Shown one piece after another: positions 25,643 through 39,369 of a DNA stretch of 64,000 bases (the stretch's first letter is position 1; every line of letters starts with the position of its first letter). The notes under the pieces are model-generated. The model ran no database searches, was not told where the DNA came from, and was given only the letters and a program-made list of their open reading frames with translations. Location: positions 1,550,001-1,614,000 of the forward strand of contig NW_027361827.1 in NCBI RefSeq assembly GCF_039654945.1. The letters run 5' to 3'. The position numbers were made by a program, and so were the translations under genes. The stretch comes from Dendrobates tinctorius. Taxonomy: Eukaryota.

Positions 25643-28600
25643 CCCCTTAAGGACTGCCAATACGCATTAAAATGGCAGTTGCTAAGGGTACAAATTCCCT
25701 CATTGCCATTTTAAGATGGGGAATAAGGGAATAGCGCCACCGTGCAGGTGTCAGCGGTACATGACCGTTGACACTGCAGTATCGAACCTGGCTGGTTTTG
25801 CGACCGATCGGGGGTTGATTAACCTCTTAAACACGGCTGTCAATCACAACAGCTGTACTTAAGTTGTTGCAAGGATGTCACAAGACTCACTTAATAACCA
25901 TTGGACCCCTGCTTTGAGAATCAAGGGTCCAGATGGTTACCATGGTACCCTTAGGTCATATGATGGCCCCCAGGGTACTGTGGCCTGTAAGCTCCAGCAA
26001 GAAGCACAGTCAGTCTCATACACTGCTGTACACACGAGTACTGCAGTGTATGAGACAAGTGATCAAAATAAAAATTATACATGTCCCAAAGTAGGACTAA
26101 GTAAAAAAAAAAAAAAAAGAAAACATAAAAAAAGTACAAAAAAAATTGCACACAAGTCACTAAAATCCATTTCAACACTCAAAAAGCAGCTTTTAGGACA
26201 AAAAAAGAGTACACATAATTGGTATTGCCGCGTCTGGAGCGATCCGCTGTATAAAACTGACACATCATTTATTCCGGTTAGTGAAAATCGCAAAAAACAA
26301 GCCTTAATACGGCTCATTCTGGAAAAAAAAAAGGTGCATCTCTCTGAATATGATGATGCTAAAATTCATTTTTGTAAAATATTATTTTTAGTCTGTAAAG
26401 AGAAGAGCATAAAAAAAATAACTCTGGGATCGCTGTAATCGTACCGACCAGATGAACTAAACAGTCTTATCAATTTTACCACTCAGTGGATGACGCAAAA
26501 AAATAACTGAATTGCTGATTTTGTTAATTCTGTCTGAAAACTCTGAATAAAAAGCGATCAAAAAATATTATGTACCCCATACGGTACCAAAAAAATCTGC
26601 AACTCGTCCCACCAGAAATAACCCTCATACAGTTCTTTTCGTCAAAAAATAAAAAAGTTATAGCTCTCAGAATATGGTGACAAGAAAACCTCCTTTTCAT
26701 AAACAAGCATTTTTACTGTGTGATAGAAGCAAAACCTAAAAAAAACAATATACCGAACATACTCGAGTATAAGCCGAGATTTTCAGCCCATTTTTTTAGG
26801 CTGAACGTACCCCCTCTCGGCTTATACTCGAGTCATTGTCCCAGGGGGTCGGCGGGGGAGGGGGAGCAGCAGGAGCTGGCGGCTGTCAAATCATACTCAT
26901 CCCCTCCTAGCACGGTCTCTGCACTTCCCTGCTTCTCAGATGGTCTCCAGTGCCAGCAGCTCTTCCTGTGTTCAGCGGTCACGTGGTACCGCTCATTAAA
27001 GTAATGAATATGCACGTGACTCCACTCCCATAGGCGTGGAGTGCATATTCATTACTTAAATGAGCGGTACACGTGACCGCTGAACACAGGAACAAGCTGC
27101 CGGTGCCGGAGACCATCGGAGAAGCAGAGACCGCACCAGGGGGGGGTGGGGAGGACGGGGGAGCTATGCGATATTCACCTGTCCCCATTCCACCACTGGG
27201 CTGTATCTTCCACGTCCCCTGGCTGTGACGTTCAGGTCAGAGGGCACGATGACGTGTTTAGTGCACGCCCTCTACCTGAAGTCACTGCGGAGACCCGGAA
27301 GGCACAGCGGTGTGCGGCGGTGGAACAGGTGAATATCACAAGTGGGGGCCTGAGCCAGCAGTGACACCGGCACCTGGCCCCCATAGCGCACCGGCGTCCC
27401 CACCTGCTCAGGACACTGGCACCTGGCCCCCAGCGACGAGAGGTGAGTGTCATTTTTTATTTATTTTTTTAATCGCAGCAGCATATGGGGCATATAATTC
27501 TAAGGAGCATCTTATGGGGCCATCAATCTTTATAAAGCAGCATATTATTCTATGGAGCATCTTATGGAGCCATCAACTTTTATGGAGCATTATATGGGAC
27601 ATCTTATGGGACCATCATTAACCTTTTATGCAGCATTATATGGGGCATATTCTAATATGGAGCATCTTTTGGGGTCCATCATGAACTTTATGGAGCATTA
27701 TATGGGACGTATTTTGTATAGAGCATCTTATGGGGCCCATCATGAACTGTATGGAGCATTATATGGGGATCCTGATTCAATGTAGATATTCAAAAACATT
27801 TAACCTACTGATGTCTCAATTAATTTTACTTTTATTGGTATCTATTATTTTTTAAATTTAGTAGTAGCTTCTGCATTTCCCACCCTAGGCTTATACTTGA
27901 GTCAAAAAGTTTTCCCATTTTTTGTGGCAAAATTAAGGGCCTCGGCTTATACTCGTATATACGGTAAATCTGGTATCGCTGTAATCGCATGGACCCGAAA
28001 AATCCGCCTTATCACTTATACCACACGGGGAATCAAAAATAAAAAGAACTATTTGTGTACTGCTGTCTATTTGTTCATTCTACCTCACAAAAATCGGGAT
28101 AAGGCTCAGCTCACATTTGTCCTGCGCTCTCCACTGAGCGCTTATTTTGAGGTTTCCATGTAAATTCCCCAAAACCACAATTCAGAAAAACCCAGGACAG
28201 AACCACTCACTTATGAGGCAGATGGAGTAACTTTGGACTGGTCTCTGTTCCTGCTGTGTCCCATCATTTTAGATTTTCTTTTAGCGCACAAGTGTGGACA
28301 ACTACAGATCTTCGCGCGCCTAAAAAGATCGATACCACCGGACAGGTGCCAAACTGAATACAAAGTGTCTCCATCTGCCTCATTATAGTGGGTTATTCCG
28401 TCTGAGGTTTTGTTTAAATTGCAATTTTGTAGGATTTACACAGAAACCCCAACGTTGCTGCTCAGCGTAGAACACAAGATCCAGTCTTATTCTGAAAGCA
28501 ATCAAAAATATTATGTACCCCAAAATGTTACCAATAAAACCCCCTAATTTATCCCCCACAAAAACTGCCCCCATTCAGGTCCATCATTTGTCACGGGAAC

Positions 28601-30818
28601 TATAGGGGGTCACCACTTAACTACTATAACAAAGACTCTGGAAAAGCGAGTCCCATCCCCATAAATAAAATCCAGTAAATTATGCCCTCCCAAATCTAAA
28701 TGCCGCCTTCCTTCTGAGCCCCACTGTGCCTAAACCACAGTAAGCAGCTACATGTTTGGCATTATTGTAACGGAGAGAGCACTTAATTTACGGGTGTGTA
28801 TCGCCAGAAGCACAAGCTGGGCACAGTGTATGGGAGCGCTACAGTATATGGGGGCTCTACACTGTATGGGGATAACTAGACTAGACTGGCAGATTTGCAT
28901 TTCTCCAGAAAACACGCCTTGCTTGGATGTTACAAAATAGTCGCTGCAGCCGTAGATTAATTAATTGAGAGGTGCAGTTTCTACAATGGGGTCACTTTTC
29001 GGTTTTTTTTTTCTGCTGTTCTGGGATCTTCGGGGCTCCGCAAATGTCGCCCGTTAACTATTCTAGCAAAATCTGTGCTCCAGTAGCCAAGCAGCGCTCC
29101 TTCCTTCTCAGCCCTGACATGTTGCCTAACTGTAAGTTCTGACATCATATGGAGCAGCACCGCCTTCAGGAGAAATTGTGCAATAAATTGTGGGGTCTAG
29201 TTTTGCCTATTAACCCTTGTTTACCTGTCAAATTTGCAGCAAATAAAAAAATTACATTTTACCACTAAAATGACAATTTCCACATATAAAATGTTATAAA
29301 ATTCTGTAAGGCACCTATAGGTTCACAATACGCACTACATACACCCCTAGATGAATTCCTTGACTGGTCTAGCTTCCAAAATGGGGTCACGTGTGGGGGG
29401 TTTCTGCTGTTTTCTCTTGTCAGGGGCTCTTCAATGCGACATGGGATTCACAATCTATCCCAGGCAAATAGTGCTTTTTCATTTCCTAGCGCTGCCATGT
29501 GCCCAAGCAGAAGTTTATGACCACATATGGGGTATAGTCGCATTCGGGACAAATTGCACAACAAATTATGGAATCCATTTTCTCTTATTATCCATTGTGA
29601 CACCAGGATCTCTCCAAATGTGACTTGACGCCAACAGACCATTCCATCAAAGTCTGCGTTCCAGAATGTCACTCCTTCCTTTCCGAGCCCTACCGTGTAC
29701 TCAAACACTATTTTTCCTCTACATGGAGTATCAGGAGAAACTGCACAACAAATTTTAGAATTCAATTTCTCCTGTTGCCCTTGTTAAAATAAAACAATTG
29801 GGGCTAAACGTACATTTTTGTGGGTAAAATGTGATATAGTAATTTTTTTTTTTTTTTAATTCTCGCATCTCTACGTTATAAACTTCTGTGGAGCTTCTGG
29901 GGGTTCAAGGTGCTGCTACACATCTAGATACATTCCTTAAGGTGTCTAGTTTCCAAAAATGGGGTCACTTGTGGGGGATTCTACTTTTTAGGCACATAAG
30001 GGGTTCTCCAAATGCGACATGGCGTCCTGTCTCGATTCCAGACATTTTTGCGTTCCAAAAGTCAAACGGTGCTCCTTCCCTTCTGTGCCTTGCAGTGTGC
30101 CCAAATAGTAGTATTCCCCCACATGTGGGCTATCGGTGTACTCAGGAGAAATTGCACAACAATTTTGTAGGTCCATTCTCTCCTGTTATCCTGTTATCCT
30201 TGTCAAACGAACAAATAATATTTTTGTGAAAAAAGTTAAATGTTCATTTTTTTCCTTTCACAAGTTGCTTTAGGTCGTGTGAAGCATCAGAAGGGTTAAT
30301 AAACTTCTTGAAAGTAGTTTTAAGTACTTTGAGGGGTGCCATTTTTAGAATGGTGTCACTTTGGGGTATTTTCTGTCATATAGGTTCCCCAAAGTCACTT
30401 TAAATGTGATGTGGTCCCTAAAAAAAAATGGTTTTGTAAATTTTGTTCGAAAAATGAGATATTGCTGGTCAACTTTTAACCGTTCTAACTTCCTAATTAA
30501 AAAGTGTTTAAAAAATGATGCAGGTGTAAAGTAGACATGTGTGAAATGTTATTTATTAACCATTTTGTTTGACATAGCTCTCTGATTTAAAGGCATAAGA
30601 ATTAAAAGTTTTCAAACTGCTAATTTTTATAAATTCTCGCCAGATTTACAATATTTTGACAATTAAACGCAAGTACAATATGTGATGATAAAACAGTATC
30701 AGTATCACTGGGATCCAGTGAAACGTTCCAGAGTTATTACCACATAAAGTGAACACTGGTCAGATTTCAAAAATTTGGCCTAGTCATTAAGGTCAAAATT
30801 GGCTCCCTCGCTAAGGGG
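25643..30818. mobile_element. Large piggyBac-like non-autonomous element with nested MITEs, inverted relative to 16562
   Basis: TTAA-CCCCTT ... AAGGGG-TTAA; right end is the reverse complement of the 16562 end (GAGCCAATTTTGACCTTAATGAC). Confidence 0.85.
26753..27964. mobile_element. Tc2/pogo-group MITE with internal hairpin and degenerate tandem repeat
   Basis: TA-CCGAACATACTCGAGTATAAGCCGAG ... CTCGGCTTATACTCGTATATACGG-TA. Confidence 0.85.
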
Positions 30819-31292
30819 TTAAACGAAAAACCAAGCAAACAATAGATAACCAAAATATCGCTTCTGCCAATGAGATTGACCAGTTTCCTAGACTTAGAAA
30901 CCGTTTATGGAATCTTAACGAGGGCTCTTGGCTCTCCTGACATGTCTATTCTAGTAATTACATAGAATACCCGTAAAATAACTACTATTTGTAGCTTTTT
31001 TTTCCCAAACTATATGCTGTTCATCTTGTAAATGTTCAGTTGAATTTACAACAGCTTATTACCTTTCTCCTGATCAAAGGGCTATGTGTTTACACATCCT
31101 GGAAATGTGGAACACTGCGCCTGGCAAAGGTTTATGAAAAGATTCCTCTAAATTTTTATGTTATGGGTATAGAATTATTTTCTAGGATTGCGGACAGGTC
31201 CTCTTTAACCCAATACTTGTGCAGCCACTTTTAGTCTCTGATGGTGCAATATTTTTCTTTAATTCCCATGATCTCGGAGAGTCATAACTTTG

Positions 31293-31297
<5 letters not shown>

Positions 31298-31337
<40 letters not shown>
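31298..31337. repeat. (TA)n microsatellite
   Basis: Direct reading. Confidence 0.95.
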
Positions 31338-31341
<4 letters not shown>

Positions 31342-31578
31342 ATAAACTTAACTTTTCTGGATAAGTTGTATATTCTGTGCTACAGAATTTTTTAGCTCTT
31401 TAATATTCTTATGACTCTTCAATTTGCATAAGTGTCACATAAAAATCTGCTCTAGTGCAGCTATCATATCACTAATTATATAATACCTATTGTTACCCAG
31501 AAATAAATGTGAAACCCTTAAAACAATTTCTAAAGAGATTAAGCCAAATTTGAATTTTTTTTTTTTTTTTTTTGTCAG

Positions 31579-31690
31579 TTGGGGTTCAGGAGCTGATTTG
31601 TGGGGCTCTGATAACGATAATCGTTATGGTAAGCCAAGGATAGATGATGGACTGCTTGAAGTTGTTGGTGTAACTGGAGTAGTTCATATG
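31579..31690 (+). CDS. DGKQ: DGKQ coding exon (WGSGADLWG...DDGLLEVVGVTGVVHM)
   Basis: poly-T tgtcag acceptor, gtaagt donor. Confidence 0.97.
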
Positions 31691-31807
31691 GTAAGTCTGT
31701 CAACAGTGCTATTAAGTCACATATTTTTTTTATATTTTAATTATAGCACAAATGTGTGCATTATGGTTCTTCTTGCTGCTTGTCTATCCTAAATTGTGAC
31801 GTAATTA

Positions 31808-32144
31808 GGCCAGGTTCATACTGCGTTAATGCAGTCCGTTCAACGCATAGCGTTGACGGACTGTGATAACGCTATAGCATAACGTGATCGCGTTATGCTA
31901 TATCGCTAGCGCAGATGCTTCATCTGCGCTAGCAGTGACGGACCCTCGGACGCTGCAGACAGCGTCTGTGGGTCCGTCACAGAATGACCTCACATCGCTA
32001 GCGCATGCCGATTATGGCATGCGTTAGCGATGCGCTCGGTAATGGGAGTGAATGGCAGCGTTAACGGATTGAGTTACATCGCGTTATGCCGCGGTGTAAC
32101 GCCATCTGTTAAACGGACTGCATTAACGCAGTATGAACCCAGCC
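31808..32144. mobile_element. PIF/Harbinger-like palindromic MITE
   Basis: TTA TSD; GGTTCATACTGCGTTAATGCAGTCCGTT is perfectly inverted at the other end. Confidence 0.88.
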
Positions 32145-32218
32145 TTACATTGCTATTGGAAGTCAATGACTTTTAACATAATTTTGGCATTTTTTTTTTT
32201 TGCATTTTGTATGGCCAG

Positions 32219-32371
32219 GGCCAAGTTCAAGGAGGACTTCGCTCAGGTATTCGAATTGCCCAGGGTTCCTACTTCCGTGTTACACTTCTAAAACCTATTC
32301 CAGTCCAAGTAGATGGTGAGCCCTGGATTCAGCCACCAGGACAGATTATTATTTCTGCTGCAGGACCAAAG
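32219..32371 (+). CDS. DGKQ: DGKQ coding exon (GQVQGGLRSGIRIAQG...PVQVDGEPW...AGPK)
   Basis: ggccag acceptor, gtaaga donor; 153 nt. Confidence 0.97.
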
Positions 32372-32841
32372 GTAAGACCTTAAAAAAGCAAAAACTGAAC
32401 ACTAAGTCATGGTATATTTCTGATGGACTAAGGGACTGATCCATCATTTGCGGGTGTTTTTTAAAGCCTTTTCTTTTTTTCTTTTATTCTGTATTCACTG
32501 ATGTTTTTGCACCAAATTCATTAAAATGTACACCTCTATATACCAGTGCAATGTGCCCATAACAAAGGAGAATATTATTTAGTGCTTTAGTGTGGCTCAC
32601 TGCTAATCCTACTACCTGCCATGGTAGAAGTTCTGAGTTTGAATTCTGAGGAAAGCAATACTTTATGAAAAGCAAATAATTTATTTACTATATATAAAGG
32701 CATCTAATCCCCGCAGGTTAGAGGAGTAAAAAACAGAACACATCGGCGTCCTGTAAAAGAAAAATGCATTGCCTATTACTGCTGTTCAGCATGTACAAAA
32801 GAAACTTCTGTTCACACAAACTTTTGAGTTGGCCTGATGTA

Positions 32842-34368
32842 CAGTGGGGGAAAAAAGTATTTAGTCAGCCACCAATTGTGCAAGTTCTCCCACTTAAAAA
32901 GATGAGAGAGGCCTGTAATTGACATCATAGGTAGATCACAACTATAAGAGTCAAAATTGAGAAAACAAATCCAGAAAATCACCTTGTCTGATTTGGCAAG
33001 ATTTATTTTGCAAATTATGGTGGAAAATAAGTATTTGGTCATTAACAAAAGTTCTTCTCATTATTGTTATATCCTTTGTTGGCAGTGACAAAGGTCAAAC
33101 GTTTTCTGTAAGTCTTCACAAGGTTGGCACACACAGTTGTTGGTATGTTGGCCCATTCCTCCATGCCATGTAGAACTCCTCTAGAGCAGTGATGTTTTGG
33201 GCCTGTTTTTCAAATCCCTCCAAAGGTTTTCTATGGGGTTGATATCTGGAGACTGACTAGGCCACTCCAGGACCTTCATATGCTTCTTATGAAGCCACTC
33301 CTTTGTAGCCCTGGCAGTGTGCTTGGGATCATTATCATGCTGAAAGACCCATCCAAGTTTCATCTTCAATGGCCCCATTCATTCTTTCATGTACACGGAT
33401 CAGTCATCCTGGGCTCTTTGCAGAGAAGCAGCCCCAAAGCGTGATGTTGCCACCCCCATGCTACACAGTAGGTATGGTGTTCTTTGGATGTAACATTCTG
33501 TCTCCTCAAAACACGAGTTTTGTTTCTACCAAACAGTTCTACTTTGGTTTCATCAGACCATATGACATTCTCCCAGTACTCTTCTGAATAATCCAAGTTC
33601 TTTCTAGCAAACTTGAGACAGACCCAGACATGTATTGGCTTAAGCAGGGGTACACGTCTGGCACTGCAGGATCTGAGTCCTTGGAGGCGTAGTGTGTTAC
33701 TGATGGTAGCCTTTGTTACGGTGGTCCCAGCTCTATGTAGGTCATTCACTAGGTCCCCATGTGTGGTTCTGGGATTTTTGCTCACCGTTCTTGTGAAAAT
33801 TTTGACCCGATGGGGTGAGATCTTGCATGGAGCCCCAGATCGAGGGAGGATTATCAGTGGTCTTCTATGTCTTCCATTTTCTTATTATTTCTCACACAGT
33901 TGATTTCATCACACCAAGCTGCTTGCCTATTGCAGATTCAGTCTTCCCAGCCTGGTACAAGGCTTTTGTTTCTGGTGTCCTTCGACAGCTCTTTGGTCTT
34001 CACCATAGTGGAGTTTGGAGTGTGACTGTTTGAGGTTGTGGACAGGTGTCTTTTATACTGATAACAAGTTCAAACAGGTGCCATTACTACAGGTAATGAG
34101 TGGAGGACAGAGGAGCCTCTTAAAGAAGAAGTTACAGGTCTCTGAGAGCCAGAAATATTGCATGTTTTTTAGGCGACCAAATACTTATTTTCCACCATAA
34201 TTTGCAAAATAAATCTTGCCAAATTGGACAAGATGATTTTCTGGATTTGTTTTCTCATTTTGACTCTCATAGTTGTGGTCTACCTATGATGTCAATTACA
34301 GGCCTCTCCTATTTTTAAGTGGGAGAACTTGCACAATTGGTGGCTGACTAAATACTTTTTCCCCACTG
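32842..34368 (-). mobile_element. Tc1 element with about 200-bp TIRs and a disrupted transposase (about 33058-34006)
   Basis: TA-CAGTGGGGGAAAAAAGTATTTAGTCAGCCACC TIRs; [35 protein letters not shown]. Confidence 0.93.
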
Positions 34369-34785
34369 TACCTATATGAAAAGATAATCAACATACATGT
34401 TTTAATAATGTTGTCAATGAATGTTCTTTTAAAAGAAAGACCCGTTTAGGTTCTACTGCTCTTATCCCTTGGCATTGATTATTAGTGAGCGTGCCAAGTG
34501 CACAGGGAAATGATCTTTTCAGCATCTTTCTCGTTTGGATAATAGAGGGTGTCTGGAATCCTCTCTCTGATATCCAGTAGCATAAGAAGACCGGCACTCA
34601 CTTGTTTGTTTTATGAAGAGCATGGAATAAAATCTACGAAATCTGCAAACTTACACCTGGGTGCTGGTCTTCTCATGTCCTTTGCAATGGGATGTTGCCA
34701 ACCCTAAACACAAGCACCACGGCTTTTGATATCCAGTACATGTAAGTCATCGCATATATCTAATAGATTGTTTGTTTTGTTTTAG

Positions 34786-34890
34786 GTCCATATGCTAAAG
34801 AAATCTAAGCAGAAGCAGAAGAAAACCTCATCGAGCTCCAAAGAATCAAAAGGAGATCCTGTTACTCTCTCCAATGACAATGGAAGCTAA
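34786..34890 (+). CDS. DGKQ: DGKQ terminal coding exon (VHMLKKSKQK...DNGS*)
   Basis: ttttag acceptor; TAA at 34888-34890; VHML.K.KQK conserved. Confidence 0.95.
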   Translation, partial: VHMLKKSKQKQKKTSSSSKESKGDPVTLSNDNGS

Positions 34891-36321
34891 AAGCAAGAGT
34901 GCACACTGGAACTTCTCAGTAAAACACTGCTGTGCAGACCTGAGGCACTAGAGGACCAAGGTCCCATAAAATGCCTTCTGAGGGACCCTGCTACAGAATG
35001 CTACTTCCATAGTATACTTTTCTTGTGATGCAGTCCCTGCAGCTTCCAGTGACCGTTTTAGTAATAAAATAATCAGGGCTGTAGGCTTGTATCCATACCG
35101 TAGTACTGTAGATATTACTCTAGGGTTAACAGGTAGCGTCTGCATGCTACAACATGGCTGTCAGGGTGCATATGTGAACATTTGTGGCTTACACACTGTG
35201 CACTGGGTGATTATTTACTGTTGTGGTTATGCTTGGATGTATCAAGGGTAAATTGTGCTAGTCTCTCCCTTCGGTGATCACAATGTCCAAACACTTGAAC
35301 CAGTAACCAAGTAGGAAGGGAGCCTGAACTGACCATTTAGTGACCCGCCTTATTAAACAGCTTGCAGGTTAACAATTCCCATACATGTTCTGTACTGTAT
35401 TTAAAGCACTGTTTTTAGAACATATATTTGTATTCAGTGGTAATCGTAATATAATGAGTATTTTTTAAATATTTGAGTCACCCCCCAACAAAAAAGCTTT
35501 ATCGGTATTTCCCTATTAGAATTTCGGCTATACGAGGAAAACTTGATTTTGCCAAGGATTATGTGATAGCTAAGACTTAAACAGATTTGAAAAGGAAGTG
35601 GCTTAGAATAAAGTTCCCATTTTTAGTGTGTGATTCTAGGAAGAATTTATTCCTTTCAATGTATTGCCACTGATGAAACATGTGTGATTACTTATTCAGC
35701 AACTGTGGACCATTTAGTAAGCTCTGCGCAATAGATTATTTTTATATTTATTCTAATTTAAACCTAGTGATCAGGTTTTACCAAAGTACCGTTTGTGTGA
35801 CTGTGTTACGTAATTGTGCTGGTAACAATTTAATGTGTGTGTACAACAAAAGTCCATGTGTACGTCTGAGAGGTGTCCTACTAATCCTTCAGTAAGTGGG
35901 GAGTTCTATAGTCTTTGTACTTCTTAGTATGTGGTATTTTGACTATGATTTTATATTAGTTATCTGTTTACTACGTTTGCGGAAGCAAAGATTTTTTTTT
36001 ATATATGTTTATATTGTAAAAATGAGTGGAAGGCTGTATTCATTGTGTTTAGACATGATGCTAGAATATTTTGTACAGAAAATGCTGCAGCAACATAATT
36101 TTACGTTATCCCTTCACTACCTAGGGGGAAATCAAGCCAAAGTTCAGAAGTGGGCATTTCAACCACATGTCTAAAGTACGCAGGCTTTGAACGTCCATTA
36201 TGCAGCTACAAGCATTGATGTTTGGGAAAACAAAGCATTTTGCGTTATTTATCTATTGGCACATAAGCTTCAAATTACTCTTCGTGTACCTATTAAAAAT
36301 AGACACTATATGGAACATTAA

Positions 36322-37131
36322 GGCTGTGTGCCCACGATGCGATTTTTAAGCGTTTTTGCCGCGATTTTCGGCGCAAAAACGTTTACAAATCGTGTACAGA
36401 CCGCCCCCCATGCATTCCTATGGCATTCCACACATGCTGTGCTAATGCTGCGTTTTTTTCCGCGGCGGAATCGCATCGCGGAAAAAATCGCAGCATGATC
36501 TTTCTTTTGTGCGGAATCGCAAAGAATTGCCGCGATTCCGCACCCATAGGAATGCATGAGAATCACTTACTTCCCGCATGTGGCTATGCCCACCATGCAG
36601 GAAGTTAAGCATCTCATGTGCGGTTGGTACCCACGGTGTGGAGGAGAGGAGACTGTCCTCCAGGCCCTGGGTACCATACCCCTGTAAAAAAAAGAATAAA
36701 AAATAAAAAATCGGCAAGGCCCTGTGATGACGTAGTCTTGCGTGACTCTAGCGGTCTCGCGAGATCGCTATAGTAATGCGAGATCAACGTCATCACAGGT
36801 CTCGCAAGGCATCGCTGGGAACGCTGAGGCCCGGGATGGCAGCGCGGGACGTCGGAAGGTAAATATACCCCGATTTTTTTATACTTTTTAACATTCTATC
36901 TTTTACTATTGATGCCGCATAGGCGGCCTCAATAGTAAAAAGCTGCTCACACTTGTCAAACACTATGTTTGACGAGTGTGACCAACCTGTCAATCACTTT
37001 CCAAGCGATGCTTCAAATCGCTTGGAAAGTGCTTGAATATCGCACGCGAAAATCGCGGTAAAAACGCGCGATTTCTGGGAAGGAGTCCGGTTTTTAGTGT
37101 CCGGAATAAAACGCTACGTGGGCACATAGCC
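36322..37131. mobile_element. PIF/Harbinger-like MITE
   Basis: TAA TSD; GGCTGTGTGCCCACG / CGTGGGCACATAGCC. Confidence 0.85.
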
Positions 37132-37328
37132 TAAAAGTATTTCTAGATTAGGATATTGGCCTTTAAATGTCTGCTTAATGTGTAACTGTACTTTTCTGAC
37201 AATGGTTGATGCCTTAGCTCACAAGTTTTGGTCCTTGGGTGTTTTGGTCAATAGAAAGTTTTTTGCTACTTTTTTGAGTGCTTTTCAGTCCAAAATAATG
37301 CCTAATGCTGTGGGACATATTTATTAAC

Positions 37329-38060
37329 TAGTGATGAGCAAGTGTACTCGTTGCTCTGGTTTTCCCGAGCATGCTCGGGTGTCCTCCAAGTATTTGGATT
37401 TCGTTGTCTCAGCTGCATCATGATTTGCGACTTGTAGACAGGCTGAATACATGTGGAGATTCCCTAACAAACAGGCATTCCCCACATGTATTCAAGCTGT
37501 GTAGTAGTCGCAAATCATGCAGCTGAGACAACGAAGTCCAAATACTCGGAGGACACCAGAGCATGCTCGGGAAAACCAACGACAAAAGCGATCTCGCTAC
37601 GTTTGACAGGTAGCAGCAACCAGGCCCCCTGAGATCGCTGGTCGTGTCAGAATGACCTGGACATTTTTTGATCGTTGAGGTCCCACTGGGTAGCATGCAT
37701 CGGTATGTTTGACATCTTACCAATGAATTCGTTAGCGAGTCAGAAGTGAGACACATAGACGTGGATTTGCATCGATTCAAGGTCAGAATCGTCAGAGTAG
37801 CTGCTATGTGACAGGGTCCCAACGACCGCCGACATCGTTACAAAGGTTGCTACGGGTTGCCGTATCGTTGCTGCGTTGTTGGGAAGATCTGACTGTATGG
37901 CATCTCACCAGTGACCACATAGCGACGCAGCAACGATCCCTACCAGGTCGTATCGTTGTCGGGATCGCTGTAGCGTCGCTGAGTGACGGGAGCTTAAATC
38001 TCCGAGCACGCCAAAATACTCAGAGGACACTCAAGCAATGAGTATACTCGCTCATCACTA
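37329..38060. mobile_element. hAT-type MITE containing a partial Harbinger-like MITE (about 37578-37995)
   Basis: TAGTGATGAGC TIR; perfect 8-bp TSD TTATTAAC. Confidence 0.88.
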
Positions 38061-38884
38061 TTATTAACCACTTGTGTCAGAATTTAGAGCCATTGTTGGA
38101 GTGGCTTGAAGCTTGGCCAGCATTTAGACACATTTATGAATATGGCTTTTTAAAAATGTAACATAATTTTTGTGTTATCTTACTCAAGTGACATAAATAT
38201 TCAAGAAAAACCTCTAGACATACTTAATTTGCATAAAGATTGTAATCCCCCATGCAACATTTTCATAAATTTGTCACAAATTAATGTGATTCCAGGAAAA
38301 GGGTATTTTATTTGGAAAAAAAAACACATTTTTGAGCTGATCTTTAGTCTCTCAAGAGAAGCAGAGCGAGGAGCGCCACTGATCAAAACTTCCGACATTT
38401 TTATATATTTCTAAATGGGCAATTACACTTTAAGTTCCGAGGCACTAATGACTTTATAGAAGCACCAAGGCTGAAATTAATAATTCTAAGGCAGGACGTG
38501 TGGTCATCCACGCGTGTAATTCCCATTCTTTAGCCTAGTGTAAGCTGAATGTTGTCAATGATCCAGTTAAATTGTAATGTAAATAAAGAAAATATAATTA
38601 TTTATTGTAAAACAGAATAAAATCATTAGCTCAGTGCTAATTGTTAGAAAATATTTTTGTTTTTGTAAATAAAGAATATATACGGTAATCCATTTACACT
38701 GTGGAATAACTATTTTCTCTGTTTGGTGTACATTTTACAGAAACTTTCTTTTTAGGAGTAATTTGAAGTTATTCCAAACTTATAATTAATGTGAGGTTTG
38801 AGGTGCTAAACTTCTTACAATTATTATTGTCATGTGGAATCCAATGAATGGAGTCATTGTCTTGCATGTGCACTATGACCCTTT

Positions 38885-39252
38885 GGCTGTGTGCACACGC
38901 TGCGGATTTTGCTGCGGTTCCGCAGCGGTTTTGGCAGCTGCGGACCCGCAGCAGTTTCTGCTGCGGTGTACAGTACCATGATTCCCTATGGGAATCAAAA
39001 ACCGCAGTGCAGACGGTGCGGAATTTTCCGCGCGGATTATCTGCGGTTTTCAATCCGCAGAAAGAATTGACATGTCAATTCTTTCTGCGGATTCTCCTGC
39101 GGTTTGCCATCTCCTCTATTGAGGAGATGAAAAACCGCAGGGCAAAACCGCAGAGCAATCCGCAGGTAAAACCGCAGGTCTTTTGACCTGCAGATTTTAC
39201 AAAATCTGCGCGGATGAATCCGCACCCCAATCCGCAGCGTGTGCACACAGCC
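38885..39252. mobile_element. PIF/Harbinger-like MITE rich in CCGCAG/CTGCGG
   Basis: Perfect TIR GGCTGTGTGCACACGCTGCGGATT. Confidence 0.88.
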
Positions 39253-39369
39253 TTATAATGGAGACCCCATTCTCCTAAACAGTAGGGACCCAGCATTTGG
39301 ACACCAAGTGATTATACATTTATCACTTATATTAAAAGGTGGTAAATGTTCATTGGCCAACACCCTTAA

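Larger units (their letters stand above)
1075..34890 (+). other. DGKQ: Diacylglycerol kinase theta gene, 3' part (13 coding exons; 5' exons lie upstream of the window)
   Basis: Spliced translation matches vertebrate DGK-theta from memory ([59 protein letters not shown]); all introns GT-AG with consistent phases. Confidence 0.97.
34891..38700 (+). other. Probable DGKQ 3' UTR; end uncertain
   Basis: AU-rich sequence after the stop; AATAAA at 35063, 35607, 38582, 38616 and 38668 (another at 40696). Confidence 0.45.

Noticed and set aside
25875-26438. 187-aa lysine-rich ORF
   Set aside because: Arises from poly-A-rich internal sequence of a non-autonomous transposon; no recognisable domain
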